From positions 43,443 through 107,442 of the forward strand of contig CAWAUA010000002.1 in assembly GCA_963785175.1 (NCBI GenBank): 64,000 bases of DNA, in the 5' to 3' direction. This document shows positions 46,012-55,127 of the stretch, piece by piece. Below the pieces are notes generated by a model. The model saw only the letters and a program-made list of their open reading frames with translations. It made no database searches and was not told the DNA's origin. Position 1 is the stretch's first letter. Each line of letters begins with the position of its first letter. The position numbers and the translations under genes were made by a program. Origin of the DNA: an uncultured Actinomycetes bacterium. Its GTDB lineage: Bacteria; Actinomycetota; Thermoleophilia; Solirubrobacterales; 70-9.

Positions 46012-46740
46012 TTACAGCAGTTCCCTGATCGCTTCGTCGAAGACCGTGGGTTCTTCAAGCGAGAAGTGGCGAAGGGGGCGGGCTTGTCCCCCCGTCGGCC
46101 CGATCAGAAACGACGGCGTGCTGCGCCCAGGTAATTCCTTGTGCCAGGCCAGCAGTTCATCGGCTCCGATCTTCCGAGCCCAGTGATCGGATTCGCGTTC
46201 TTCTGCCCACTGCCACAGGTCGACCCCCGCCTGTTCGGCGATTCCTTCGAGGAAGTCATCGTCCGCGTAGCGGCTGAACTCGGGGCGTTGTTCGCGGTAG
46301 AAGAGGTTGACGAAGGTCCACATCTTTCCCTGCTGTCCAGCCGCCAATGCCGCAATGTGCTGATGGAAGAATTCCGAGGAACTGGGCGTGTCGGTCTCTG
46401 TCGAGCGATAGACGATGCGCAGCTTGCCGCCGCGGACCCAATGGCGGATCAGGAAGGGAAGGGCTCCCAGCATCACCTGCCGCGACTGCGAGCACTGGAG
46501 GTCGCCGAAGAACTGAAGCGTGACCGGTGCCTTGGGATCCCCCAGGGCAGCCCCGCGCTGGGGGATGCCGGCCAGCAGATTTTCGGTCCGGCTGATCGCG
46601 GCCTCTTCAGTGGCAGAGAACGATTTGCTCTCGGCCACCGACGGTCCACCGCTGGTAGCCACGATCACCGCAATGACAGCCACGGGCACCGCCAGCGCAA
46701 GGGGGAGATAGCTCAGCTTGTCTTCCCTCAACCCTTGCAT
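46012..46740 (-). CDS. DsbA-family thioredoxin-fold protein with CxxS active site
   Basis: Start at ATG 46740, N-terminal TM anchor, then VTLQFFGDLQCSQSRQ where DsbA-like proteins carry CxxC. Confidence 0.65.
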   Translation of the reverse strand: MQGLREDKLSYLPLALAVPVAVIAVIVATSGGPSVAESKSFSATEEAAISRTENLLAGIPQRGAALGDPKAPVTLQFFGDLQCSQSRQVMLGALPFLIRHWVRGGKLRIVYRSTETDTPSSSEFFHQHIAALAAGQQGKMWTFVNLFYREQRPEFSRYADDDFLEGIAEQAGVDLWQWAEERESDHWARKIGADELLAWHKELPGRSTPSFLIGPTGGQARPLRHFSLEEPTVFDEAIRELL

Positions 46741-46808
46741 TCCAAAAAAGGTATGGCATAGTACCCCAATGGTCAAGGATTCAAACCCATTCGACACAGG
46801 TTGATCGA

Positions 46809-49800
46809 ATGACCCTCCGGGCCAGAGCACTTGCTGTCTGCCTCTTGGCCTTCCTCGTCCCGGCTCTGCTCGCCACCACCTACAGCTTCGCCTGCCCGAG
46901 CCAGCCGCCGGTCCCACCGCCGAATAAATACGGCGGACCCCCACCTCCCCCACCAATCAGCGGCGGCGGCGGAATTCCAGTCGGCCCAACGTTTCCGAAT
47001 CCATCCGCCCCAAACATGCCGAACTGCTTCAAGGCCAAGCCGGTCAACTGCGCCAGCGGCAACCAGACCGAGGGACAGACCGATTTTGCTTTGGGCGGCC
47101 GCGGGCCCGCCCTTGCCATCACCCGCTCCTACAACTCCCAAGCCGCCGCCGAAGCCGAAGAAGCAGGTCCCTGGGGCTACGGCTGGTCTGGCCCTTACAG
47201 CGCCCATTTGGAATTCAACGAAGAATCCGGCGTGGTCACCGTCGTCCAGGAAAACGGCGCCACCGCGGCCTTCGTCCTCTATGAAAGCGAATACATCCCC
47301 GGTGAATGGATCCAGGCCACCCTGGTCAAGGAAATCGTCGAAGGCAAAGAAATCTACGTCTTCACCCTTCCCACCCAGGAAGAGCTCAAGTTCAACTCCG
47401 AAGGCAAGCTGACCGAGGTCAGGGATCGCAACGGCAACGCGATCACGCTCAGCTACGAATCCGGCAAGTTGACCAAAGTCAAAGACGCCGCCGGGCGGGA
47501 ACTGATCTTCGCCTATACGGGCGCCCAGGTGACGAGCGTCGAAGATCCGATGGGCCACAAATACAAATACACCTACGAATCAGGCAACCTCGCCTCGGTG
47601 ACGATGCCCGGTGAAGAAACCGCACGCTGGAAATTCAAATATGACGCCTCCCATCAGCTGACCGAAATGACCGACGGGCGCGGTGGCGCGACCAAAACCG
47701 AATACGACGGACAGAATCGGGTCATCAAACAGACCGACGCGGCAGAACGGGTGACCAAATTCGAATACGGCGAATCCGAAGGCTACACGACGACGACGAT
47801 CACCGAGCCGAACGGATCGACGACCTTCGAGATGTTCAACGAAGCAGGCGAGCCGCTGGAAGTGATCAAGGCCACAGGCACCGGCCTCGAAAAGAAAACC
47901 ACCAACGAATACGACGAAGCCTACGAGCTCGTCAAAACGACCGATGCTCTCGGCCACTCAACCACCTTCGAATACAGCGCCGCCGGGGACCTAACGCTCG
48001 AGAAAGACGCCGAAGGCAACGAATCGACACGGACCTACAACGCAGACCACGAGATCGAAACCGAAACCACGCCGAAGGGCGAGAAAACCACCTACATACG
48101 CGGCGCCCATGGCAACGTGGAAGCGATCGAACGCCCCGCACCGGGGGGAACGACCCAGAAAACGAGCTTCAAATACGCCGAAAACAGCGACCTGGAATCA
48201 GAGACCGACCCGCTCGGCCGCGAAACCAAATTCGAATATGACGCCTACGGCAATAAGAAAGCCGAAACCGACCCCGAAGGGAACAAGACGACCTGGACCT
48301 ACGACAAAGACGGCCACGCGATCACCGCAGTCAGCCCGCGGGGCAACGAAGAAGGCGCCAAAGCCGAAGAATTCGAAACCAAAACGGAACTCGACGCCCA
48401 GGGTCGCCCGATCAAGGTCACCGATCCGCTCGGCCATGAAACCAAATCCGCCTACGACAAAAATGGCAACCTCGAATCGTTGACCGACGCCCTTGGACAT
48501 ACGACCAAATACACCTACGACGCTGAGAACGAGCAGACCAAAGTCGAATTGGCAAACGGAAACACCACCGAAACCGCCTACGACAGCATGGGTCAGGTCA
48601 AAAGCCGCACGACCGGCAACGGCTACACCACCAAATACGAACACAACGCGCTCGGGCAGGGGACCGAAACGATCGATCCGCTGGAACGTAAAACCGTCGG
48701 CAATTACGACGCAGCCGGCAACCTAAAAGAAACCGAAGACGCGCTCGGCCGCACGGTCGCTTACAGCTACGACGCCGCCAACCGGCCCAAAGAAGTCAAC
48801 TACTCCGAAGAAGCCACCCACGACGTCACCTACGAATACGACAAAGATGGCAACGTGACGAAAATGGTCGATGGGACGGGGACGACGACCAGGGAATATG
48901 ACCAGCTCGGCCGGCTGACGGAAGTTAAAAACGGGGCCAAAGAAGTCGTCAAATACAAATACGACCTCGGCAATCAGCAGAGTGAAATCACCTATCCCAA
49001 CGGCGAAACGGTCAAACGCGAATTCGACAAAGATGGGCGCTTGAAGAAGATCACCGACTGGCTCGGTAAGGAAACTACGTTCACCTACAACCGCGACTCG
49101 CAACTGAAAGCGACGACCTTCCCTGCCGAAACCACCAACGTCGACGAATATGCCTACGACAAAGCGGGCCAACTTACGGAAATCTCGATGAAGAAGAAAG
49201 CCGAAGTCTTGGCCTCGATGTCCTACACCCGCGACAAAATCGGGCAGATCGAAAAAGCCGTCGAGACCGCCTTCCCCAAAGTTCCCGAATACAAATACGA
49301 ATATGACGCTGCCAACCGCCTGACCAAAAGCAACGGCACGCTGTTCGGATATGACAAAGCCAACAACGTGACCAAAATCGCCCCGGCGACCTACACCTAT
49401 GACAAAGCCGACCAGATCGCCACGGCAAGCACCGGGACCTTCGAATACAACAAAATCGGTCAGCGGATCAAAGAAACGCCTACCGGCGGATCGGCCACCA
49501 CTTTTTCCTATGATCAGGCCGGGAACCTGGTCGAAAGCAAAGGCCCGGAAATCGAAAACACCTTCCAATACGACGGCACTGGGCTGCGAACGAAGGAAAC
49601 CAAAAACGCCACCACTTATCCGATGGCATGGGATCCGACGCCGGAACTTCCGCTCTTGCTTCGCGCAGGAAACGACTACTTCATCTATGGTCCGGACGGC
49701 CTCCCGCTCGAGCAGATCACCTCGGGCTCGACGACCTATCTGCACCACGACCAACTGGGGTCGACCCGTCTCCTGACGGGCTCGACGGGAACCGTGACGG

Positions 49801-50546
49801 GCACTTACCGGTATGGCCCCAGTGGGGCGTTCACGGAACACACCGGAACCGGCAGCACCCTGATGGGGTTCGCCGGACAGCGCCGGATGCGCACGGAAAA
49901 TCAGCTGATCTATTTGCGGGCCCGGACCTACGATCCGGTGACGGCTCAGTTCCTCAGCGTGGATCCGGCGGTGGCGTCGACGGGAGAAACCTACGGCTAT
50001 GCAGGGGGCAACCCTGTCAATGCAAGCGATCCGAGTGGCCTATGGGTTGCTGGCATCTGTGGCTCGGTGAGTGGGATAGGTATTGTCGGCGCTACGGCAT
50101 GCGTTGAGATGGATGGCCGCAATATTGGCATAACCGGTTTTTCTAACGGAGTCAGTATGTGGAGCAACGTGCACGAGTGGCTTGAAGGGCTTTGTGATAT
50201 TGCCAATACTTGGAAGGCTGCTGGCCAAGTGGGGGCTTTGAGTAGTGTGAGTGGGTTGGCGACCGTATTTAAGAAACTCTTCGGGTTCGACGGAGGCACG
50301 ATGTGGAGCAGCGCGCAATCAATAGATGAATTGAACGGCTCATTTAGTTCAACGCTTACTTCATCTACGATTGGGTGGGTCCATGGGTCTAAGCGCAGCT
50401 TTCGTAACAGTAAGGGTGTTAACGGTACGATATTGTTGGGTGGAGAGAACTCCATTCCATGGCTAGACATTTTTCACACGACCAGCGAGCCGATCACTAT
50501 GTACTCCAAGTCCATGCGGGATCCACTTCTTCGCAATTTGCCCTGA
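46809..50546 (+). CDS. secreted RHS/YD-repeat protein with polymorphic C-terminal toxin module
   Basis: Signal peptide MTLRARALAVCLLAFLVPALLA and dozens of YD repeats (xYxYDxxGNL). The core ends GGNPVNASDPSGL at 50042. A 167-aa tail follows (50043-50543). Confidence 0.9.
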   Translation: MTLRARALAVCLLAFLVPALLATTYSFACPSQPPVPPPNKYGGPPPPPPISGGGGIPVGPTFPNPSAPNMPNCFKAKPVNCASGNQTEGQTDFALGGRGPALAITRSYNSQAAAEAEEAGPWGYGWSGPYSAHLEFNEESGVVTVVQENGATAAFVLYESEYIPGEWIQATLVKEIVEGKEIYVFTLPTQEELKFNSEGKLTEVRDRNGNAITLSYESGKLTKVKDAAGRELIFAYTGAQVTSVEDPMGHKYKYTYESGNLASVTMPGEETARWKFKYDASHQLTEMTDGRGGATKTEYDGQNRVIKQTDAAERVTKFEYGESEGYTTTTITEPNGSTTFEMFNEAGEPLEVIKATGTGLEKKTTNEYDEAYELVKTTDALGHSTTFEYSAAGDLTLEKDAEGNESTRTYNADHEIETETTPKGEKTTYIRGAHGNVEAIERPAPGGTTQKTSFKYAENSDLESETDPLGRETKFEYDAYGNKKAETDPEGNKTTWTYDKDGHAITAVSPRGNEEGAKAEEFETKTELDAQGRPIKVTDPLGHETKSAYDKNGNLESLTDALGHTTKYTYDAENEQTKVELANGNTTETAYDSMGQVKSRTTGNGYTTKYEHNALGQGTETIDPLERKTVGNYDAAGNLKETEDALGRTVAYSYDAANRPKEVNYSEEATHDVTYEYDKDGNVTKMVDGTGTTTREYDQLGRLTEVKNGAKEVVKYKYDLGNQQSEITYPNGETVKREFDKDGRLKKITDWLGKETTFTYNRDSQLKATTFPAETTNVDEYAYDKAGQLTEISMKKKAEVLASMSYTRDKIGQIEKAVETAFPKVPEYKYEYDAANRLTKSNGTLFGYDKANNVTKIAPATYTYDKADQIATASTGTFEYNKIGQRIKETPTGGSATTFSYDQAGNLVESKGPEIENTFQYDGTGLRTKETKNATTYPMAWDPTPELPLLLRAGNDYFIYGPDGLPLEQITSGSTTYLHHDQLGSTRLLTGSTGTVTGTYRYGPSGAFTEHTGTGSTLMGFAGQRRMRTENQLIYLRARTYDPVTAQFLSVDPAVASTGETYGYAGGNPVNASDPSGLWVAGICGSVSGIGIVGATACVEMDGRNIGITGFSNGVSMWSNVHEWLEGLCDIANTWKAAGQVGALSSVSGLATVFKKLFGFDGGTMWSSAQSIDELNGSFSSTLTSSTIGWVHGSKRSFRNSKGVNGTILLGGENSIPWLDIFHTTSEPITMYSKSMRDPLLRNLP

Positions 50547-50691
50547 GGTCCAGGCAGCGATCAGTCTAAGATCTACGGCAGGGTGGGTGGTCTAATGATG
50601 GAGGTAGCGGTAGATATCCGCTGACTAGAATTTCTGGATCAACAAGAGCACCACTCGCCGCTTGGTTGCCTCCGCATGAGAGACTCGCGCG

Positions 50692-51414
50692 ATGCCAGCT
50701 TCACGTAGTTACGACAGGGCGCCGGCCGACATCCGGCCGGTGACGATCGACGCCGGGTTCGTGGGCAGCGCCGACGGTTCGGCGCTGATCTCGATCGGCA
50801 AAACCAGGGTGATCTGCACCGCCTCGATCCAGGAGCAGGTGCCGCGCTGGATGGCGGGCAAGGGGAAAGGCTGGGTGACGGCCGAGTACGCGATGCTGCC
50901 GGCCTCGACCGGGGACCGCAAGCAGCGGGACATCTCGAAGGGCAAGCAGGACGGCCGCGGGGTCGAGATCCAGCGCCTGATCGGCCGCTCGCTGCGGGTC
51001 GTTGTCGACTTCAAGGCGATGGGCGAGCGCAGCGTCTACGTCGACTGCGACGTGCTCGAAGCCGACGGCGGCACCCGCTGCGCGGCGATCACCGGCGGCT
51101 TCGTAGCCCTGCGCCAGGCTTTCCAGAAGCTGGTCGACAAGAAAGCCCTCGACGCGCTGCCGCTGACCGGCTCGATTGCCGCGGTCAGCGTCGGCATGGT
51201 CAACGGCCGAGCCCTCTGCGACCTCGACTACGGCGAGGACTCCAACGCCGAAGTCGACGCCAACGTGGTGATGACCGGCGATGGCGGCCTGGTCGAGGTG
51301 CAGGCGACGGCGGAGCGGACGCCGCTCTCGCGGGCCTCGCTCGACGAGCTGCTCGGCCTCGCCGAGCTGGGGATCGGGCGCCTGCGGGAGGTGCAGGAGC
51401 GCGTCGCTTCGTGA
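50692..51414 (+). CDS. rph: ribonuclease PH
   Basis: ADGSALISIGKTRVICTAS and GWVTAEYAMLPAST, length 240 aa. Confidence 0.93.
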   Translation: MPASRSYDRAPADIRPVTIDAGFVGSADGSALISIGKTRVICTASIQEQVPRWMAGKGKGWVTAEYAMLPASTGDRKQRDISKGKQDGRGVEIQRLIGRSLRVVVDFKAMGERSVYVDCDVLEADGGTRCAAITGGFVALRQAFQKLVDKKALDALPLTGSIAAVSVGMVNGRALCDLDYGEDSNAEVDANVVMTGDGGLVEVQATAERTPLSRASLDELLGLAELGIGRLREVQERVAS

Positions 51415-52037
51415 AGCCTCGCGAAGTGACGGCGAAACAGGTGTTTGTTCTGGCCACCCGCAACCAGCACAAGGTGCGGGAGATGGCCGAGCTGCTGCCG
51501 GGAGTCGAGCTGCGCCCGCTCCCTGACGAGATCGCCTCGCCGCCGGAGACCGGCGAGAGCTTCGAGGCCAACGCGCTGATCAAGGCGCGCTCCGCCCACG
51601 CCGCCAGCGGCGAGGCGACGATCGCCGACGACTCCGGGATCGAAGCGGCGGACCTCGGCGGCGCCCCCGGGATTTTCTCCGCCCGCTATGCCGGTGAGGG
51701 TGCAAGCGACGAGACCAACCTCGAGAAGCTGCTGCGCGAAGTCGACGCCGCCGGGGGCGAGCGCCGTACCGCCTACGTCTGCGCGCTGGCGCTGGTCGAC
51801 GAGCAGGGCCACGAGTACGTTTTCGAGGCGCGCTGCGAGGGGACGCTGTTACGGGAGGGCCGCGGCAGCGGCGGCTTCGGCTACGACCCCGCCTTCGTCC
51901 CCGACGAGACCGGCCACAGCGACCAGCGCACGATGAGCGAGCTCAGCCCCGAGGAGAAGAACGCGATCAGCCACCGCGGCAAGGCCGTGCGGATGCTGGC
52001 GCGCCACCTCGGTCTGGAGGCCGGGGCGGGGCCATGA
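51411..52037 (+). CDS. rdgB: non-canonical purine NTP pyrophosphatase (RdgB/HAM1)
   Basis: ATRNQHKVREM, DDSGIEAADLGGAPGIFSARY, GGFGYDPAF and ISHRGKA. Confidence 0.9.
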   Translation: MKPREVTAKQVFVLATRNQHKVREMAELLPGVELRPLPDEIASPPETGESFEANALIKARSAHAASGEATIADDSGIEAADLGGAPGIFSARYAGEGASDETNLEKLLREVDAAGGERRTAYVCALALVDEQGHEYVFEARCEGTLLREGRGSGGFGYDPAFVPDETGHSDQRTMSELSPEEKNAISHRGKAVRMLARHLGLEAGAGP

Positions 52038-52936
52038 TCCGCACCAAAAGCGGCGCCGCTGCGCTCTCGATCGCCTCCAACTCGATCTTGATCGCGCTGA
52101 AGCTGGCCGCCGGCGCGATCACCGGCTCGATCGCGATCATCACCGAGGCGATCCACTCGCTGATCGACCTCGTCGCCTCGGTGATCGCCTTCATCTCCGT
52201 CCGCAAAGCCGACGAGCCCGCCGACGAGGAGCATCCCTACGGCCACGAGAAGGTCGAGAACCTCGCCGCCAACTTCGAGGGCGTCCTGATCCTGATCGGC
52301 GCGGCGCTGATCGTCTACGAGGCGACGCACCGCCTCGTGGTCGGCTCCTCGGTCGAATCCCTCGGCGTCGGCATCGCCGTGATGGGCTTCTCGGTCCTCG
52401 CTAACCTCGTCGTCTCCGGCGTTCTCTACCGCCAGGCGCGGGTCCACGAATCGCCGGCCCTGGAAGGCGACGCTGCCCACCTTCGCGCCGACGCTCTGAC
52501 CTCGGCCGGCGTGCTCGTCGGCCTCGCCCTGGTCCAGATCACCGGCGTCGCCGCCTTCGACTCGATCACCGCCCTGATCGTCGCCGCGGCGATCGTCTCG
52601 GCCGGGATCAACATCATCCGCCGCTCCTCCGGCGCGCTCGTCGACGAGGTCCTGCCCGACGCGGAGATGGACCGGATCGAGCAGGCGATCGCCGCCGCCC
52701 GCACCCCCGAGGTGGCCGGGTACCACAAGCTCCGCGCCCGCCGGGCCGGCCGCCGCCGCCACATCGACTTCCACGTCCAGTACCGCTCCGGGACCAGCCT
52801 CGAGCGCGCCCACGAGCTCGCCCACCAGATGCGGGACTCGATCGAGGCCGAGATCTCCGAGGCCGAGGTCCTGATCCACGTCGAGCCCGAGACCTCTTAC
52901 CGCGAGCGCGAAGGCGGCCCCTACCGCTCTGGCTGA
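52034..52936 (+). CDS. cation diffusion facilitator (CDF) family transporter
   Basis: ITEAIHSLIDLVAS and HPYGHEKVE motifs, six TM segments and a cytosolic C-terminal domain. Confidence 0.88.
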   Translation: MIRTKSGAAALSIASNSILIALKLAAGAITGSIAIITEAIHSLIDLVASVIAFISVRKADEPADEEHPYGHEKVENLAANFEGVLILIGAALIVYEATHRLVVGSSVESLGVGIAVMGFSVLANLVVSGVLYRQARVHESPALEGDAAHLRADALTSAGVLVGLALVQITGVAAFDSITALIVAAAIVSAGINIIRRSSGALVDEVLPDAEMDRIEQAIAAARTPEVAGYHKLRARRAGRRRHIDFHVQYRSGTSLERAHELAHQMRDSIEAEISEAEVLIHVEPETSYREREGGPYRSG

Positions 52937-52944
52937 GCGAGGGG

Positions 52945-53115
52945 CTACGGAGGCGGCAGCAGGTTGACGCTCGCCGCCAGCCCGATCGCGACCAGGGTGA
53001 TCGCGTAGCCGGTGTAGCCGCTGAAGGCGAAGAGGATCGCGGCGATCGCGCAGATGGCGACGGTGGTGATCCAGGATGCTCGGGCAAGGGTCACGGTCGG
53101 TATCTTCGCCGACAT
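52945..53115 (-). CDS. possible small two-TM membrane protein (56 aa)
   Basis: MSAKIPTVTLARASWITTVAICAIAAILFAFSGYTGYAITLVAIGLAASV. Support is only hydrophobicity and position. Confidence 0.3.
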   Translation of the reverse strand: MSAKIPTVTLARASWITTVAICAIAAILFAFSGYTGYAITLVAIGLAASVNLLPPP

Positions 53116-53521
53116 GCCTGACGCTGCCGCAGCCGCCCCTCCAACCGGGGAGTCCGCGGAGGCCGCGCTGGAGTTTCTCGCCGAGATGTCCCCCGACCTG
53201 CGCGGCGCGGCGATCCTCGGCCCCGACGGCCAGGCGCTGGCCGCGACCGAGGGAGATCCCGAGCGCTGGCGCGACGACGCCGCGGCGCTGTTCGCGGCCG
53301 CCGACGAGGCCGAGGGGGCCCCGGTCGAGCAGATCCACATCGCGACCGAGCAGGGCGAGGTCTTCGCGATCCGCAACGCGGGCCTGGCGGCGATCTCCGT
53401 CACCGACCGCTTCGCCCTCGCCTCGCTGATGCTCTTCGACCTGCGCTCGGCCCTGCGCCAGCTCGCGACTCCGAGCTTCGGGGGGTCAGAACCCCCCAAA
53501 TCTCGGAGCGGGGAGGACTGA
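53114..53521 (+). CDS. roadblock/LC7-like domain protein
   Basis: ATG 53114. LRGAAILGPDGQALAAT...GEVFAIRNAGLAAISVTD resembles Robl/MglB-type domains. Confidence 0.45.
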   Translation: MPDAAAAAPPTGESAEAALEFLAEMSPDLRGAAILGPDGQALAATEGDPERWRDDAAALFAAADEAEGAPVEQIHIATEQGEVFAIRNAGLAAISVTDRFALASLMLFDLRSALRQLATPSFGGSEPPKSRSGED

Positions 53522-53745
53522 TGCCCCCCAAGCCCCACCGGATCCTCCTCGACCGCGTCTCCGTCTACGCCGACGAAGCCGCCGCCTTCATGCGCCGCCG
53601 CCGCGTCGCCCGCCGCCCCTTCGCCCGCCTTTACTACCAGCACGGACGCAGCGCCGACCACGCCCAGGACTCGCGCAGCGGCGCCGAGCTGTTCGTCGCC
53701 GCCGGGCGGCTGATCGAGGTCGCGGGAAAGAAGCCGAAGCGATGA
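53521..53745 (+). CDS. small basic hypothetical protein
   Basis: 74 aa, coupled on both sides (its ATG overlaps the upstream stop, and its stop overlaps the tldD ATG). Confidence 0.4.
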   Translation: MPPKPHRILLDRVSVYADEAAAFMRRRRVARRPFARLYYQHGRSADHAQDSRSGAELFVAAGRLIEVAGKKPKR

Positions 53746-55127
53746 GCGGGTTGATCGACCAGACGCTGGCCGAGAGGGCAATTGCCCGGGCCCTGGCCAA
53801 CGGCGGTCGCTTCGCCGAGGTCTTCGCCGAACGCCGCCGCGGCCAGACGCTGGCAATCGACGAGCGGCGGATCGAGTCGGTCCAGTCCGGTGCTGAGGAG
53901 GGCGCAGGCGTCCGCGTCGTCGACGGCAACACCACCTACTTCGCCCACGTCGACGGCCTCGACCCTGCCGATGTCGAACGCGCTGCCGACGAAGCCGCCG
54001 CCGCACTTGGTTCCGCGCGCCGGGAGCCGCGACCGCTGCAGGCACGGGAGACACCGCCGCTGCCGATCGAGAATCGCCCCGAAGACGTCCCGGCCGAGCG
54101 CAAGGCCGAGCTGCTGCGCGAGCTCGACGAGCGGGCCCGCGCCAAGGGCGCCGGGATCGCCCAGCTGAACGCCTCCTACGCGGAGGCGCGCCGCGAGGTC
54201 GCGATCGCCAACTCCGACGGCCTCTTCACCGGCGACGACCGCACCCGGGTCCGGATCGGCGTCCAGGCGGTCGCCCGCCGCGACGCCACCGTCGAGACCG
54301 GCGCCGAGACCCTCGGCGCCCACCGCGGCTTCGAGCTGCTCGAAGACGACCCGGGCCAGATCGCCGAGCAGGCCGCGACCAAGGCGCTGACGCTGCTGGA
54401 CGCGATCCCGGCTCCGTCGGGCTCGATGCCGGTCGTCGTCGGCGGCGGTTTCGGCGGCGTCCTCTTCCACGAGATGACCGGCCACGGGCTCGAGGCCGAC
54501 CACATCCAGAAGGGCGCCAGCGTCTACGTTGGCAAGCTCGGCGAGCAGGTCGCCGCGCCGCTGCTGAATGCCTATGACGACGGTCGCCTGCCGGGCGAGT
54601 GGGGGAGCGACGCGATCGACGACGAGGGGCAGCCGACGCAGAAGACCCAGGTGATCGAGGCCGGGCGTCTGACCTCCTATCTCTATGACCACCTGACCGC
54701 CGAGCGCGACGGCGCCACCTCGACCGGCAACGGCCGCCGCGAGAGCTTCCGCGACCTGCCGATCCCGCGGATGACCAACACCTACATCGCCCCGGGCGAC
54801 GCCACCCCGGAGGGGCTGATCGCGGGCGTTCCCCACGGCTTCTACGCGGTCTCCTTCGGAGGCGGCCAGGTCGACCCCGCCACCGGCGACTTCGTCTTCG
54901 GCGTCTCCGAGGGCTACCTGATCGAGGACGGCAAGGTGACCAGCCCCTGCCGCGGCGCCACCCTGATCGGCAACTGCCTCGATGCCCTCGCGGCGATCGA
55001 CGCGGTCGGCGACGACTTCTTCATGAAGACGGGGATGTGCGGCAAGGGGGGCCAGAAAGTCCCGGTCGGAACCGGCCAGGGCCACGTCCGGGTGCGGGCG
55101 ATGACGGTCGGCGGGACCGAGCGGTGA
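53742..55127 (+). CDS. tldD: metalloprotease TldD
   Basis: 461 aa. GGGFGGVLFHEMTGHGLEAD (HExxxH) and the C-terminal GMCGKGGQ motif. Confidence 0.92.
   Translation: MSGLIDQTLAERAIARALANGGRFAEVFAERRRGQTLAIDERRIESVQSGAEEGAGVRVVDGNTTYFAHVDGLDPADVERAADEAAAALGSARREPRPLQARETPPLPIENRPEDVPAERKAELLRELDERARAKGAGIAQLNASYAEARREVAIANSDGLFTGDDRTRVRIGVQAVARRDATVETGAETLGAHRGFELLEDDPGQIAEQAATKALTLLDAIPAPSGSMPVVVGGGFGGVLFHEMTGHGLEADHIQKGASVYVGKLGEQVAAPLLNAYDDGRLPGEWGSDAIDDEGQPTQKTQVIEAGRLTSYLYDHLTAERDGATSTGNGRRESFRDLPIPRMTNTYIAPGDATPEGLIAGVPHGFYAVSFGGGQVDPATGDFVFGVSEGYLIEDGKVTSPCRGATLIGNCLDALAAIDAVGDDFFMKTGMCGKGGQKVPVGTGQGHVRVRAMTVGGTER

Noticed and set aside
47000-50000. Periodic sequence in the RHS gene, considered as a DNA tandem repeat or CRISPR-like array.
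   Set aside because: The periodicity is at the protein level (degenerate YD repeats, xYxYDxxGN). There are no exact DNA repeats with unique spacers. No CRISPR array is present anywhere in the window.
49997-50470. 157-aa ORF antisense to the RHS toxin tail, considered as a hidden immunity gene.
   Set aside because: It is fully embedded antisense in the toxin coding region, has no ribosome-binding context that I can see, and its composition is Pro/Ser/Leu-rich. Immunity genes normally follow the toxin on the same strand. It is worth a look only if transcript data show it.
53113-53116. CATG where divergent starts of the 56-aa membrane ORF (minus) and the roadblock-like gene (plus) would overlap.
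   Set aside because: The minus-strand mini-ORF is weakly supported, so the overlap is probably coincidental.
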